DNA of 64,000 bases from Balanoglossus misakiensis (lineage: Eukaryota > Animalia > Hemichordata), in contig CM082584.2 in the NCBI GenBank assembly GCA_040954595.2, positions 3,317,344 through 3,381,343 on the forward strand, written 5' to 3'. Positions 38,702 to 51,100 of the stretch are shown here, one piece after another. Position numbers and translations under genes: made by a program. How positions within the stretch are numbered: position 1 is the stretch's first letter; each line of letters starts with the position of its first letter. The notes beneath the pieces were generated by a model, which was given only the letters and a program-made list of their open reading frames with translations, was not told the DNA's origin and did no database searches.

Positions 38702-39690
38702 ATTAAAGCTGCAAGCAGCATTGGAGGGGCCCAAGCATAGAGTTAATAACCATTAGACTCCATTCAGGGTTGTACCATTCAAATGCGTAGGCTGTATTTG
38801 CTCTGGATGTGGAGATATGGGGAAGTAGGCAACCACCCGAAATGGGTGTCTAACAAGTACAAACACAACAACCAAAGGTGAACTTCTACGTTGTAAGTAC
38901 TTCAGTAAGTATACTTCAAAGGTCAGCTGAGGGTACCCAAAAATTGGGCCAAAAATTAGGATTCTTATTTGGTTCATATTCAAGACAACGGAAAATCCTC
39001 GCTGTTTGGGTTTGTCAAATTAGATATGGCCATAATAATGAGTTACACAAGTAAGTTAATACAGGTGGCCCCAGGAATTTAGCATTTCATGACGCAGAGG
39101 GTCCTACCCTACCCCTCCAAACACCTGACAAAAAATTTTCATTCCTGTTTATGTCATGTGCAACAAATCCTACATTTGCAGCCCTTTCACTTTGCCTACC
39201 ATTAGGTATGCACGTAATACATGAATCGTGATTTTCCAAGGACTACTGCAACCCGCCAGAAGTGAGTAGCCTGCTAATGAGATCTCCACAACATTACGTA
39301 ATGATGGTCAAAGTCCGATGCCCCAGTGTCCGTCCTCAGCCCACCAAAAAATGCGAAAAAATATTACAAAAATCTTCTTCTCAAAATCGACGTGGCCTAG
39401 GACCTTGAAATTTGGCACAGGGGATTTTGGCCACATGGTCTACAAAAATCGCGAAAAGAATGTACATGCCCCCATTAACGTGCAAATTAGGTCAATTTGA
39501 AAATTTCGCTCGATTATAGCCACAAAGTCACGTGACTATTTACAAATTCAAAGGGCAGGTGCACCAGTACTCATGGGCCCCAACCACCGTGCCAAATTTG
39601 GTAGGCGCAGCTGCCGGAATTTCAGAGAAAAACGGGCGCAAAAAAACGACTCAAGAAGATGGAAGAAAAACTGCAGCAATAACTAAAAAA
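38702..39690 (+). mobile_element. Third Helentron-type (HINE-like) copy lacking its 3' hairpin; end approximate
   Basis: Head attaaagctgcaagcagcattggaggggcccaagc shared with 13224 and 14439; shared gtcacgtgacta and ccaaatttg motifs. Confidence 0.55.
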
Positions 39691-40538
39691 GAAGCAACTC
39701 ACGCTCACGTCCACCTGGCTGGTACCAAAAGAAATGAAGAAACGAAGCTCCACGAGGACGTCGAACGATGAAAAAAACACCTGTAGAAATACTCTTCTTG
39801 GATTGGATAGAACACACCAGTAACAACCAATGATCTTAGCCAAAAGGCCGAGAAGCGATACTGGCTGTCGGCCCGGAACTCTAGATGGTATCAAGCTCAA
39901 CAAAACTTTGATTGGTTTGATTGGTTGATAAGTTGGCTCTTTAATCAAGGTCGCATGTTTTATTTTTTTACAAATCAAAACGGCTAGTTATACTTTGCGA
40001 AACAACGAAACAGCGAAACAGCGAAACGACGAAACCATTATTAAAATAGGGGCCAGTCATCAAGACGGTGGCGTATGATTTTTTTAAAAGTTTCCAAATT
40101 AAAACGTAAGCGAGCCAAGAAAACTATAGGTCAGATAAATTGTTTTCTCGGAAATTCAACATTAGAATCAAATTTGGCGTTGGAAACAAACGGCGGGTCG
40201 CCAGTTCCTGGTCTGCGGATTGGTACGAGTGGTAGAGTCTTGTGCGCGCAAACGATTCATGCCAAACTGCTACATATACCGTACACAGTGAATACGTGCG
40301 CGCACAACGAAACCACAAAAGATCGAAACCTCAAAATGCGGCATCAAGGCGGGGAGGAAAGTGATTAATGTGCGGGTTGCGGGCTGCGGGCTGACAATGA
40401 ATAAAAATAAAATCAGAATAAAAATCGCAGCGATGATCGAATGCATCTCTGTGTCACGTTGTGGTTGTGAAATGATCTGATATAATGCTGATATGTTCGG
40501 ATCGACATGGTTTCCATGCAGTGGCTGATTACTCCCAC

Positions 40539-41085
40539 GGATAGCTGCAATGATTGTAGCGGGTGCTGCTAGGTGCATAACCGCTACAAGGCCTTGTGTG
40601 TAATTTTCCAATCAACTTTCGGTCGTCAGCTCAGTTACGGGGTTTAACTCTTACCTCCGGTAACATTTGAAAACCGAACGGGTGCATCCCCCCTCAAAAA
40701 AACACCTCCGACGGCAAAATTTCCCCCAAAATTGTCCTGCTTCCATTAAAAAAACGATAAATCTACTGCAGTTTCACCGATGTGTTCCGCCATGTTAGAG
40801 CAAACATGGCGGACAAAGTTTGTAAACATCGGCGAAACTTCAGTGGATGTATCATTTTTAATGGAAGCAGGACATTTGGGGGAAAATTTGAGCGTCGGAG
40901 GTGTTTTTTTTTTGGGGGGGATGCAACCTATCGGTTTTCAAATGTTATCGGAGGTAAGAGTTAAACCCCATAACTGAGCTGACGACCGAAAGTTGATTGG
41001 AAAATTACACACAAGGCCTTGTAGCGGTTATGCTGCACACCAGTCAACCAAGCAGCACTGGCCGCTACAATCATTGCAGCTATCC
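40539..41085. repeat. Long imperfect palindrome (foldback MITE, ~230-270-bp arms) inside an outer inverted repeat 40370-41545
   Basis: 40575-40795 is the reverse complement of ~40802-41033. Outer gcgggttgcgggctgcggg (~40372) pairs with cccgcagcccgcaacccgc (~41525-41543). Confidence 0.85.
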
Positions 41086-43371
41086 CACGGACAGCTAGCT
41101 GCGGGCCAACCCCATTCTATATCGTGTAGTTGCAACGACCCGACTTGTGTAGGAACATTTAAACGGCAACAGAAAGCAAAGTGAGCGTAATTCAATAAAA
41201 CGACCTATACAAGCCTGAACTCTGATTATTTCTGGTCCCAAAACTCCTTTCGTGAAAAACTCACTGGAGTCAGTGTTTACGTATTTCAGCGAGTACTACC
41301 GCTGGAAGTGACTGGGATTATGGCCGATTAATTTATGCTAATGAGGCCGCGCACACAGTAGTGAGTGTGAGGGTCAAAGTCCGCCGCCGGAGTTGTGGCG
41401 CAAATCGCGTAAATTGAACTTCTGGGAAGCAATCATTTGATCGTTTCTGTTGACATATAATATTATTATTCTTTCATTATCAAAACACAACTATATTTTA
41501 CGACCCGTAATCGGCGACCCGCAGCCCGCAGCCCGCAACCCGCAATTTAACGCTTCCCACTTTCAAAGATGTGACCACTTTTCCGTTGTGATGAGGTGTA
41601 TGTTCCATCGCTTACATACAGTGCCATCAGCTCTCCTACGCTAAAGGTATAGCACTAACTCGCAGGAACAGAACATCGCTCTCCGTATCCATCTGGCCAA
41701 AAAGAACGGCGATTGACGTGTCAGCGGAGAGTTTTGCGAAGGGTGCAACTACCAGAAAACAAAACTAAGCGTATATCGAAGGACAGAGTAAGTTGGTTCA
41801 AAATGTTAACATTCTTCATTTCATTCCCGCTGCCTCAATGATATACGATCACCCATGCAAATTTAACCACAGATATCACGGTAAGCGGGGATGTACATGT
41901 AGCCAATCGCTGATTTTCACGTGGTGGCCACGCGAAGAAAGTGCGCCACTACACGGTAATCCGAAGCCTAGACACGCTCTCTTCAAGAATATACAACGCA
42001 TATGTAAATTAAAAGGGGTTGCAATCCTTTAGCAGATCCATGCTTTCTCATTTGGTCGGCACGAATTTCAAGATGGCGGATTTCTGACATTTTATGAAGT
42101 CGAAGACTGTCGCTTCTTATGCTCTTTGAAGCTGGTTTACATTGTAAAACAGTTGCAATTTGACTAATTTTATGATTTAGTGTCCATGACCAATGGCCCT
42201 GTGTTTAGAATATTAAATGCTACATACATCTATAATACATCATTGGAAAAGCCATTCGAAAATCTAAGGTTTAGGTAGATGTACTATGCTAGTCAACCGT
42301 CTCCCGTATCCCATTCCTATTTCGTCAGTAAGCGTGTAGAAGCGTGTAACAGCAAACCTAAACAGGGACAAAGCCTGAGAATTTTCAATGTTAAAGGGAC
42401 AAAGTCTCTCTCTCGCCGCCCTTTTCCCAATAATTGTGTTTGATACAAGACACCGTTTATGTTATTCTACGTGTGAATATATAGGGAATCAACGTTCGAC
42501 CACACACAACTTTCATCCCATTAGCAGGATATGAGAGTAAAAATCTCGCCAAAATGAATAAATGGTAGAGACCGATTATTCAGTTTGGCGAGTTTATTTA
42601 CTATCGTGTTTGTTGTCGTGTTGTCTACTATCTTTACTCCCGCACCTGTCTTTAAAAGGGTTTGGGTAGACTTATTGAAACCACGCGCCATTTTGACCTA
42701 AAATTGTGAGTTTTTTTGGCATATCCGCAAGGTTCTTAAAGATGTACGACCAGTAAAATTGAAAGTATTGTCATTTCTTTTAATTGTGGATTTTTGTTTT
42801 CTTATTTATGTGTATAATGAAAATCCGTAATAAAATGTAGGGGTCACTGCGCTTGTTTTTGAAATACAGAGCCATGAATTTAGTCGAAAATAGAAGAAAA
42901 TTGCTGACTCAGCATTTTTCACCAATGGTTTGTCTATGGACAAATATTTTAACGAAATTTATCTCAAAATAGAGCGCAGTGACCACACGATTTTATTTGA
43001 CCAATGAATTTATATTTACTGGACTGAGCTATGTGTAAAATTTCATGAAAATGACAATAGTAGAAGTGGGTTTTCTAGCTATTCTCAATATAATCCTATG
43101 GCCCAGAAAAAGACGAATGCGCTCAGTTTTCCAGTTTATGTTCTGCGTGTACATCCTTAAAGAAATCAAATATTCACGGCCTCACAATCACACCAACAAC
43201 AGTGAATTACCAAGTAAGGTAAAATAAATCAGATAGACGTTGTCATTACAATATAGTCGAATATCACGATTAACATTTCATGTTTTTGAAAAATAAACAA
43301 CAGTGGCCAGTGATGGCGCCTCATCGACATGAATGCATCCAATATACAAACAAACTCAGGTTTCGGTTGTT

Positions 43372-44027
43372 TTAGTTGTTTATCATTGTATCCTCGATCC
43401 AGGTGATCACATTTGGCACGTATCCGTACAGACCCGGTTTGTTGGGCACGGCGCAACCGTGGGTGACACGGTCTCCAATGACACCGACCAGGTAATATCT
43501 GTCTTCAGATGCCATGTAGTACATCATGGGGCCACCATCGTCTCCCTGGATTAAGAGAGATTAATTTTTCTGTTACAAACTTTCAGAATGGGGGGCGACG
43601 CAGTATCTCTGTATCTCGCGAACTTCCATTTCATAAGCATGGCAAAAATCGGCCATCTTGAAATTGTGTCCACCATACGAGATTTTAATGACTCACCTAG
43701 GTACTAAACCCTATTTAATATAGGTAGTGCCTAGATAGTTTATTTCATCAGGCTAGGGGATCAAATTACAACAATGTTTTGAGCGTGGCGTGGACACGAG
43801 CAATGTGAGCTTTCAAATGCGGGGGTCACGATTTACTTACATTGCAGACATCTTCCCCTCCGGTGCCTTCGCCACAAATCAAGCTGGGAGTCACATCACC
43901 ATTCCAACGCGATGGGTCGTTGCAGTAATCTCTGTCGTAGATGACAATGCTTTGTTGCAGAAGAACTGGACTACCTGTATCCAAAGAGAATTGATTACCC
44001 ATTGAGAAAAAAAATTACTGAAACTTG

Positions 44028-44065
<38 letters not shown>

Positions 44066-47000
44066 CCCGCCACTCAGTGTTGTGTCTTCTATTGGTTTGA
44101 AATTCAAACAAAACCTCTCCTTGCCCTTTCCAAACATCAAGCTGACTCAAGCTAATGATAAGCCTCCCCAGTATACAGGCTGAATTTAACCGTTTCTGTA
44201 TAAATAGAAAAAAAAGAGAAAGACAAAAATAGAAAAAAAAGAGAAAGACAAAAATTACATATACAGATGTATATACCTGAGATGCTATCGCCGAATCCAG
44301 TGATGTACGTGGCGGTACCATTGGAGTAGTTGTCATCTTGGTCTGGCAGACAGATGTCCAAGTGCCAATCATTTATAAACGCAATGGCGCCCCTGATTTT
44401 GAGCAGAGCAAAGTTGTAATCGTCCTTGAATGGCGCGTACGAGGGATGGATGTGGATGCTTTCGACGTCGTGAATTGTCTCATATGGGTCAGGCTGGGTG
44501 TACGCATGGTTACCGGAAACGACGTCGTACACCTGAGGGTTGTTCCTGAACCTGTACGATGCGAAGTAAAATGCTTGCATTAAAAACAGATGAAACAGAT
44601 TGTTTTTCAGAGCACTTAGCCAATTTCTCATCGAAAAATAGATGTACTTGGACATCTACATGTAGGGTATACAATTGATACACAAAATTCAATTTCAGTA
44701 AAGTCCTGCCCCACACCAACGAAATCTACTTGGTAACATAAATGTTGACATTATAGTCGTAAAGCCTTGAGAATGACTTGACTTAATGACTTCCATCTGA
44801 TCACACACAGAGCATAGTCTCAAAGTTTGACAGAGTTTTATGAGTGACCAAAACAAACTTGCTCCATTGGGAAACACTGGAATTTGGGCAAGTCTGGAAT
44901 TTTGCAGGGTTTAAGGAAATGTCCATCATTGACTATCTGTTTGATCTTAAGCTAAATTAATTGATTTGTAATGAGCAAGAATCCTTATATGTAGTTAGAG
45001 GAGGTATACCACTATCTGTATTTGGCAAAGAGGTGGCGACAATTATTATAATTGTAGCATGCCGGGTAGTTTGAGAAGCACATGGAAAACTTGAGTGCAG
45101 TGTACGGCTTGGCTAATGTCAGATGTGTGGTCTAGTGCCTCTGTGTGCATGAACTGACAGTAAACTTGTTGTGTTAGAGTCTTATACTCCTTGGAAGTTA
45201 GAGTACTTCAATAAACCAAAGGAACCATATATATATATAACTACGCTCGTCTGGATTGTCTATTGAAGAGTGTAACATACACAAGCCGTGTATTTTCATT
45301 AAGCTGGTTAAATCGGAAATTGGATAAGTTTAAAAGCAGAAATATAGTAGTGTATCGTTCAAAAATAATTTGACTTCAAGAGTGCACGTCGCTATAGTTA
45401 CAGGCAAAAATGTAGTGATCTCTGAGTGAGCGGGAAATTGCCTATTGGCCAAAGTCTCTGGATAATTCCGGAATTTGTGACGTCCTTTCCTGTAACGGAA
45501 TACTCACAGGTATATGCAGGTGGCGGCCGTAAGCACCCAGCGGTTGTCCACGATCGTGGCTCCACATTTGTGCTTGAAGGATTCTTGGATGGAAGCCTGC
45601 AGGAGTAAACCGTTTTTTTTTTGTAAAGCAAACCGTGTTTACCCTCGCGTGACGTGCACAAGGCGAAACTATGGGATATAACACCGTGGTGTAATAGTAG
45701 TACATGTAAATAAGTCTTTTCACACTATGTAATACAACGAAGGGCTCTGCTAGTGAAGCCGAACTAGACGAGCGGTAAGCTATTTTTTGTGGACTCCAAA
45801 GTTGCCAGCATCATTTTTTGGTCAACTGTAAAACCATGTGTATCTCTTTTTACGTGATTGGCAATACATGATTGATTGATTAAATTGGTTCATTCTGAGT
45901 CAGTTGTTCGCGCTGCCGCAATGGAAATGTTCATAAAGGTGTTTACCATCCAAGGCCAGCTGCCGGGAACTGCTTCGTATCCACCCACGGAGCCGTTAGG
46001 AGGAGCAAGAATTGGGTCGATGACTTGTTGGCCGCATCTTGGAGAGTTACCTGTCAAAGGAAGCCATGGCATCAATCTCTGGCATGGGGTTTCAAAGCAA
46101 TGATGACAACAGAAAAAATTGCGTCAGGGACACGGTGGTCCCATTGAGGGATTACACAAGAAAAAGTCTACACCGGAGTACATGGCCATATACATACATA
46201 CATACAGACAGACAGACTCACACACACACACATAGAGAGAGATCAATGGGCAAACACTGACTGACCCATATAAGCTGCCAATGGCATAGGTACTGTACAT
46301 ACCGGTACACTAAATAGAACAACTGGTCTCTTAAAAGTTATGTAATCATGCAGGAATTTGCTGTGTATATATACATCACAGGACGGGGTTCCTTGACCTA
46401 ATTATAAAGAACTCAATAAAGTAAATACACACCACTTTGCAAAGCAATCTGACCAGTAGTTCTTGGGTTACCGAGTTTTGATCAAATTCACATTTTTCCA
46501 GATAATTTGCATATTTTTGGCAATGGCAACTTCATTTGAACAAACTCCCATCTACAGCCCAACCTGCATCTGCATACCAAATTTCAAGGTGATACACGCA
46601 GCGGTTTTCAAGTTTTTTATGTGGACAGACATACAGACATCCATCCATCCATCCATACATACATACATCCATACATACAGACGCAACTGATCCCATAAGG
46701 TCCCATGGTACATACCAATGGGACCCAAAATTTCTTGCCACCTTTAATAAATGTATTTTTCACGTTGCGCTAGGGAGTCAAAACACATTGTAATGATCAC
46801 ATTGTGGGCAAAAAGTGAGACAATTCACTGTAATAAGAATCAATTATGATGATAACCTGTATTTCATGGATACACTCTGCTTGGAGAAGTAGACTTTCAA
46901 CAAGAAACCCACCTTTTGCCCCATGCAAAAGTTGCCAAAAACGTGAATACGTTTCAGCCACACTACTATTACATTTGAACACGTGATATTGAAACTCTTT

Positions 47001-48140
47001 GGTGCTGGAAGTTTTCGAGCCGGAAATGAGGTACTAAATGTGAATGAATCTGAAACTGTGCACAAGGAGCGCAAACTCACTTGGGCAGCCTCTTTTTTTT
47101 GTTTCCTTTTTTCTCATTGTCTTGTCCTATTTTTCAGAAATGCTCAATAAAAACTATTTAAAAAAAAACTCACTTGGGCAGCCAACTTCGTCCTCGCCGT
47201 TGGTACAATCCTGGACGCCATCACATCGTTCCTCAATTGGGATGCAATAACCATTGACGTCGTCGCCGCAACGGTATGTAATGCTGGTTTCGCAGTCGCC
47301 TACAAAGACAGAGATAACAGAATATTAGTGCCCATATGCCTCCATTTACGCAAGATAGTTTGGCGAACAATCGGTGGTCTATTAGAAAACCAATGTCTAT
47401 AGAAAACCAATGTCCCACAGCAAGCGCTGGCATAGGGACTTTACCTAGAGATACGTATTTTTGGAAAATGTGATTCTACAAATGTGTCAGGCATGCAGCA
47501 TTACTGTATCACAGCTGTAACAGTAACAGTGGACAGTAATGTAGCAGCGAAGTAGACGCATCTATGTAACATTCATGTTGGTTCAGACATGAAACACCAC
47601 TGTCAAGACAGGGCTGTAACATGGCAGTTCCAACATTGCTGTAACAGCGCTGTTGGAACAGGACTGTAGCACCCATGTTCCAACAGCACTGTTAGGCATG
47701 TCACAGGGTACTGTGATACTTGATTTGTTTTCATTGTACAATAACATGCCTCTCATTTCAATATCATTGAATATGTTCATCCTCAGCATGTCAAATGTTG
47801 ATTACGAACACAAAGACTAACATTAAACTCATGTACTCATCATTGCCATTTAAAATCTTTTTATTTATACCAAAAATAACCAGACAAAGTTGTCAGACAG
47901 ACAGTTACATGTATTTGCATGTGTGTACGGTATTTTTCATTTGATGAAAAATGTATTCAGACGATAGAATGGATAAATATCTTCATGCGTGTACTTGTGC
48001 TGCCCATTGATCCTCTTCACTCTGCAGGTAGTATAATCGCAACAATGAATAAAACACTTTTAACTGATTATATGACATGATTCGAATGATTCAGTGTCTT
48101 CAGTTAGTCTGAAGACCTCACAATTAAACTTATCAAATCT

Positions 48141-48176
<36 letters not shown>

Positions 48177-51100
48177 CATCGTCAGTCTTCGGTAGCTGCA
48201 GCAGCCACATCAGTCAATCCAGAAAACGTCCTCCGCTTGAGTTTAGCGACAGCCATGGTGCGGAGAAGCAAAAGAAAAAAGGCAAATTGACAGATCAGCG
48301 CGAAGAAAGTGAGTATTATTATGTAATAGCTGAACATTTCATGTATCATTGCCACGACACTGCATGCTCTGGCCGATGTTTTGATTTTGAACAGGAATTC
48401 CCTGTTACAAAAACTCCGCCCATTCCCATTGTTCGTGATTTTGCATATGAATAAAATATCTGAATACACTTCTATCTGTTTGCTGAGGGGGAATCCCCAC
48501 ATCGAGAATGTTTATAATTTAAAGTAATTTACGCATTCACCATGTTGCAATAACTCATGTTGGTACACACTTCACCTTAATAATTTCACTTATTATTAAT
48601 ACACAGATTGGGGAACACAATGCCCAACCAACGAAACACGAAAACACGACAAAAATAATGGTTTCAAGTCCAAGAACAGAACAAGTGCCCCCACCAATAA
48701 CAACAACAACAGCAACAACACATCTGGCAGTAGCACCAGCCTTCTGCGCAACATCTATGATGTTGTGCAGCAACTAAATTCTAAAATTGACAGATTGGCA
48801 GAAGACCCCCAAAAAATCAAATCAATCCTTTTCAAATCAACAAAAGTACAAGCCCAGCAATTTGAAGTCAGGAAAGGCTCCTATGAATATGTAAGTACCG
48901 TAATCCAAGTTTGTTTGGAATATAATTTATTTAATTCAATTACAATATCAAAAGAACACAATCAAAGTGTCTCTTTTTTTTTGGCCACCATGTAAAAAAT
49001 TATTGAGCTGTTATTCCAAACTGTGATTTGTGACTTTTTATTCAATATAACTGAACAAATGGAAAAACAAATGATATTCTATTGTGTTAGTATGTTCAGT
49101 ATCCAGACTGTTCCACAACAACAAAAAATGACAGCAATAATATTAATTTTTTTTTTTTTTCTGTATTCACTTTTGTATGTAAAGAACACCCTCATAGAAG
49201 GGACAGCAAAGCTGTATTTGATCGCTCCAACAATGGAAATACCAAGACAGGACATTTATGTGAGTACTGTACTTAATAAAGTTCACCTGCATGTAGAATA
49301 CCTACACCTAAACGTGTGATGATTCCAAACCTTGTAAGCATGACCTATACACACCAGTATACATTACAAGCCTCAGAAGGGGAATAATCATCTGGTGTAC
49401 TGAAGTATTATAGATCATGTGTAAGCTGCAATTTACAATTTTGTAAAAATTAATATTTGTTGAAATGGTAAAGCACTGCTAATGACATTCTTAACATTTT
49501 AACAAAAGTAATAATTTCAATGTATTTTCAAGTATCTTTCCAATATATACAGTAATAGGAACCTGACCTTAAAATGGTCAGGTTCCTAAACTGTGTATCA
49601 CGATTTAACTGCACCATAATTAAAGAAACAATTTCTATTGATATGACTATATCAAAGAAGAATTTCCTGATTATAATGCAAATGCAGTCAGGAAAATGAT
49701 GACATTTTGCCAGAGAAAGATTAGTGAGCGGAAACAGGAGGAAGTGCGAAAGGTAAAAAATCAGACACACACACACACATTGCACTCAAACTATTAAAGT
49801 AAATGCATGTTTAACCGTATACATTGCTCACCCACATATGTACCATGCTGCATGTTATCCAATATGTCAAATATAATTGCACCAAATCTAAACTGCTGTC
49901 ATCATTGTCAAAATAAGACATTGAATTGAATTGTGTGCTTTTCAGAGTAATGGTTTTTAAAGGTTTACATAATTATAGTACATATTGTTTTAACTTCTAT
50001 TTTATCAGATCATCTCACACGAAGAAGAGAAAAAGCAGTACGCCTCGCCCTGTATGGGCACCCTGACTCTGGCAGAGACAATCTGCAGACCAAAAATGGT
50101 CAATGTGTCGCCGAAGATTTTGTATTGTCTGGCGCTGGTTGTAAGTACATGTATTTGAAATGTTTTGATAAATACTTGTAAGCAATTAGTACCGTAATCG
50201 AGCCTTCTGTTCGACCAGGAAAAAATAATTATGAACCGAAGGCCCGATTACGGTAAGTTTTTTTACTAAAGTTTACCATGTATCCAAAAGCAGCACTGTC
50301 TCTGATCATTAGGACTGGCACACACTCATTTACACAGACAAACATGCAAATACTGTTGATATTGATAGTACACATTCTATCAAAACAATTAGAGGTTATA
50401 AATAGCAATTAACAATGGTACCATTCTGGATAATACAAGTTCTATCGGGTTAAATAATAGCATTTTTTGGTTTATATATACTCACCTCGTTTTGTGATTA
50501 CTGCTACCAAATTGCTTATTTTCTGTGGTCAATAAATTTCAAAAGCAACTACCGGCATATTTTTCAAGCAACTTTTGCATGTTTCTTGTCCTAAAATGTT
50601 GCATTTTGACAATACAAGGTCACACGTATGGGGTCATGCAAGTGACATCATTTTTTCACAGACTGAGCTATGACAATTATACTGGACTCACAAGTGTTTC
50701 TGAGGTGTTTTTCCCCCTTTATTATAGAGAAAATATTATCGAGATGAGGCGCCAGACAGAAGCAGCTTCTGGACCATGTACCTTAATTGGTACAACAACA
50801 TTGGCAAGAAGCTGCAGATAGATGATGTAATGGCTGAGGATGAGGAGTTTTACGATGATTTTGAACAAATATAAATTAATTTGTGTGTTTGTTGTTTGTT
50901 TCTTTATATTGTTGTTTCATAAAGTTCTTGCCGTTATTTAACCCTTTCTGGCCGGATATCCTATATATAGGAGAAATTCGGATACGTTCCCAGAAAGCCA
51001 GGCTTGAAAGGGTTAATATTTGATCTGTATTATTTTTTTCTTGATATTAATAAATGATTAAAAGTAATTTTACCTTTAGGTCTATAAATGTGATAATTGT

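Noticed and set aside
43891-44073. Poly-Asp/poly-Met ORFs
   Set aside because: Intronic (CAT)n microsatellite.
44967-45277. Possible solo LTR (TGT...AATAAA...ACA)
   Set aside because: No convincing TSD and no second copy.
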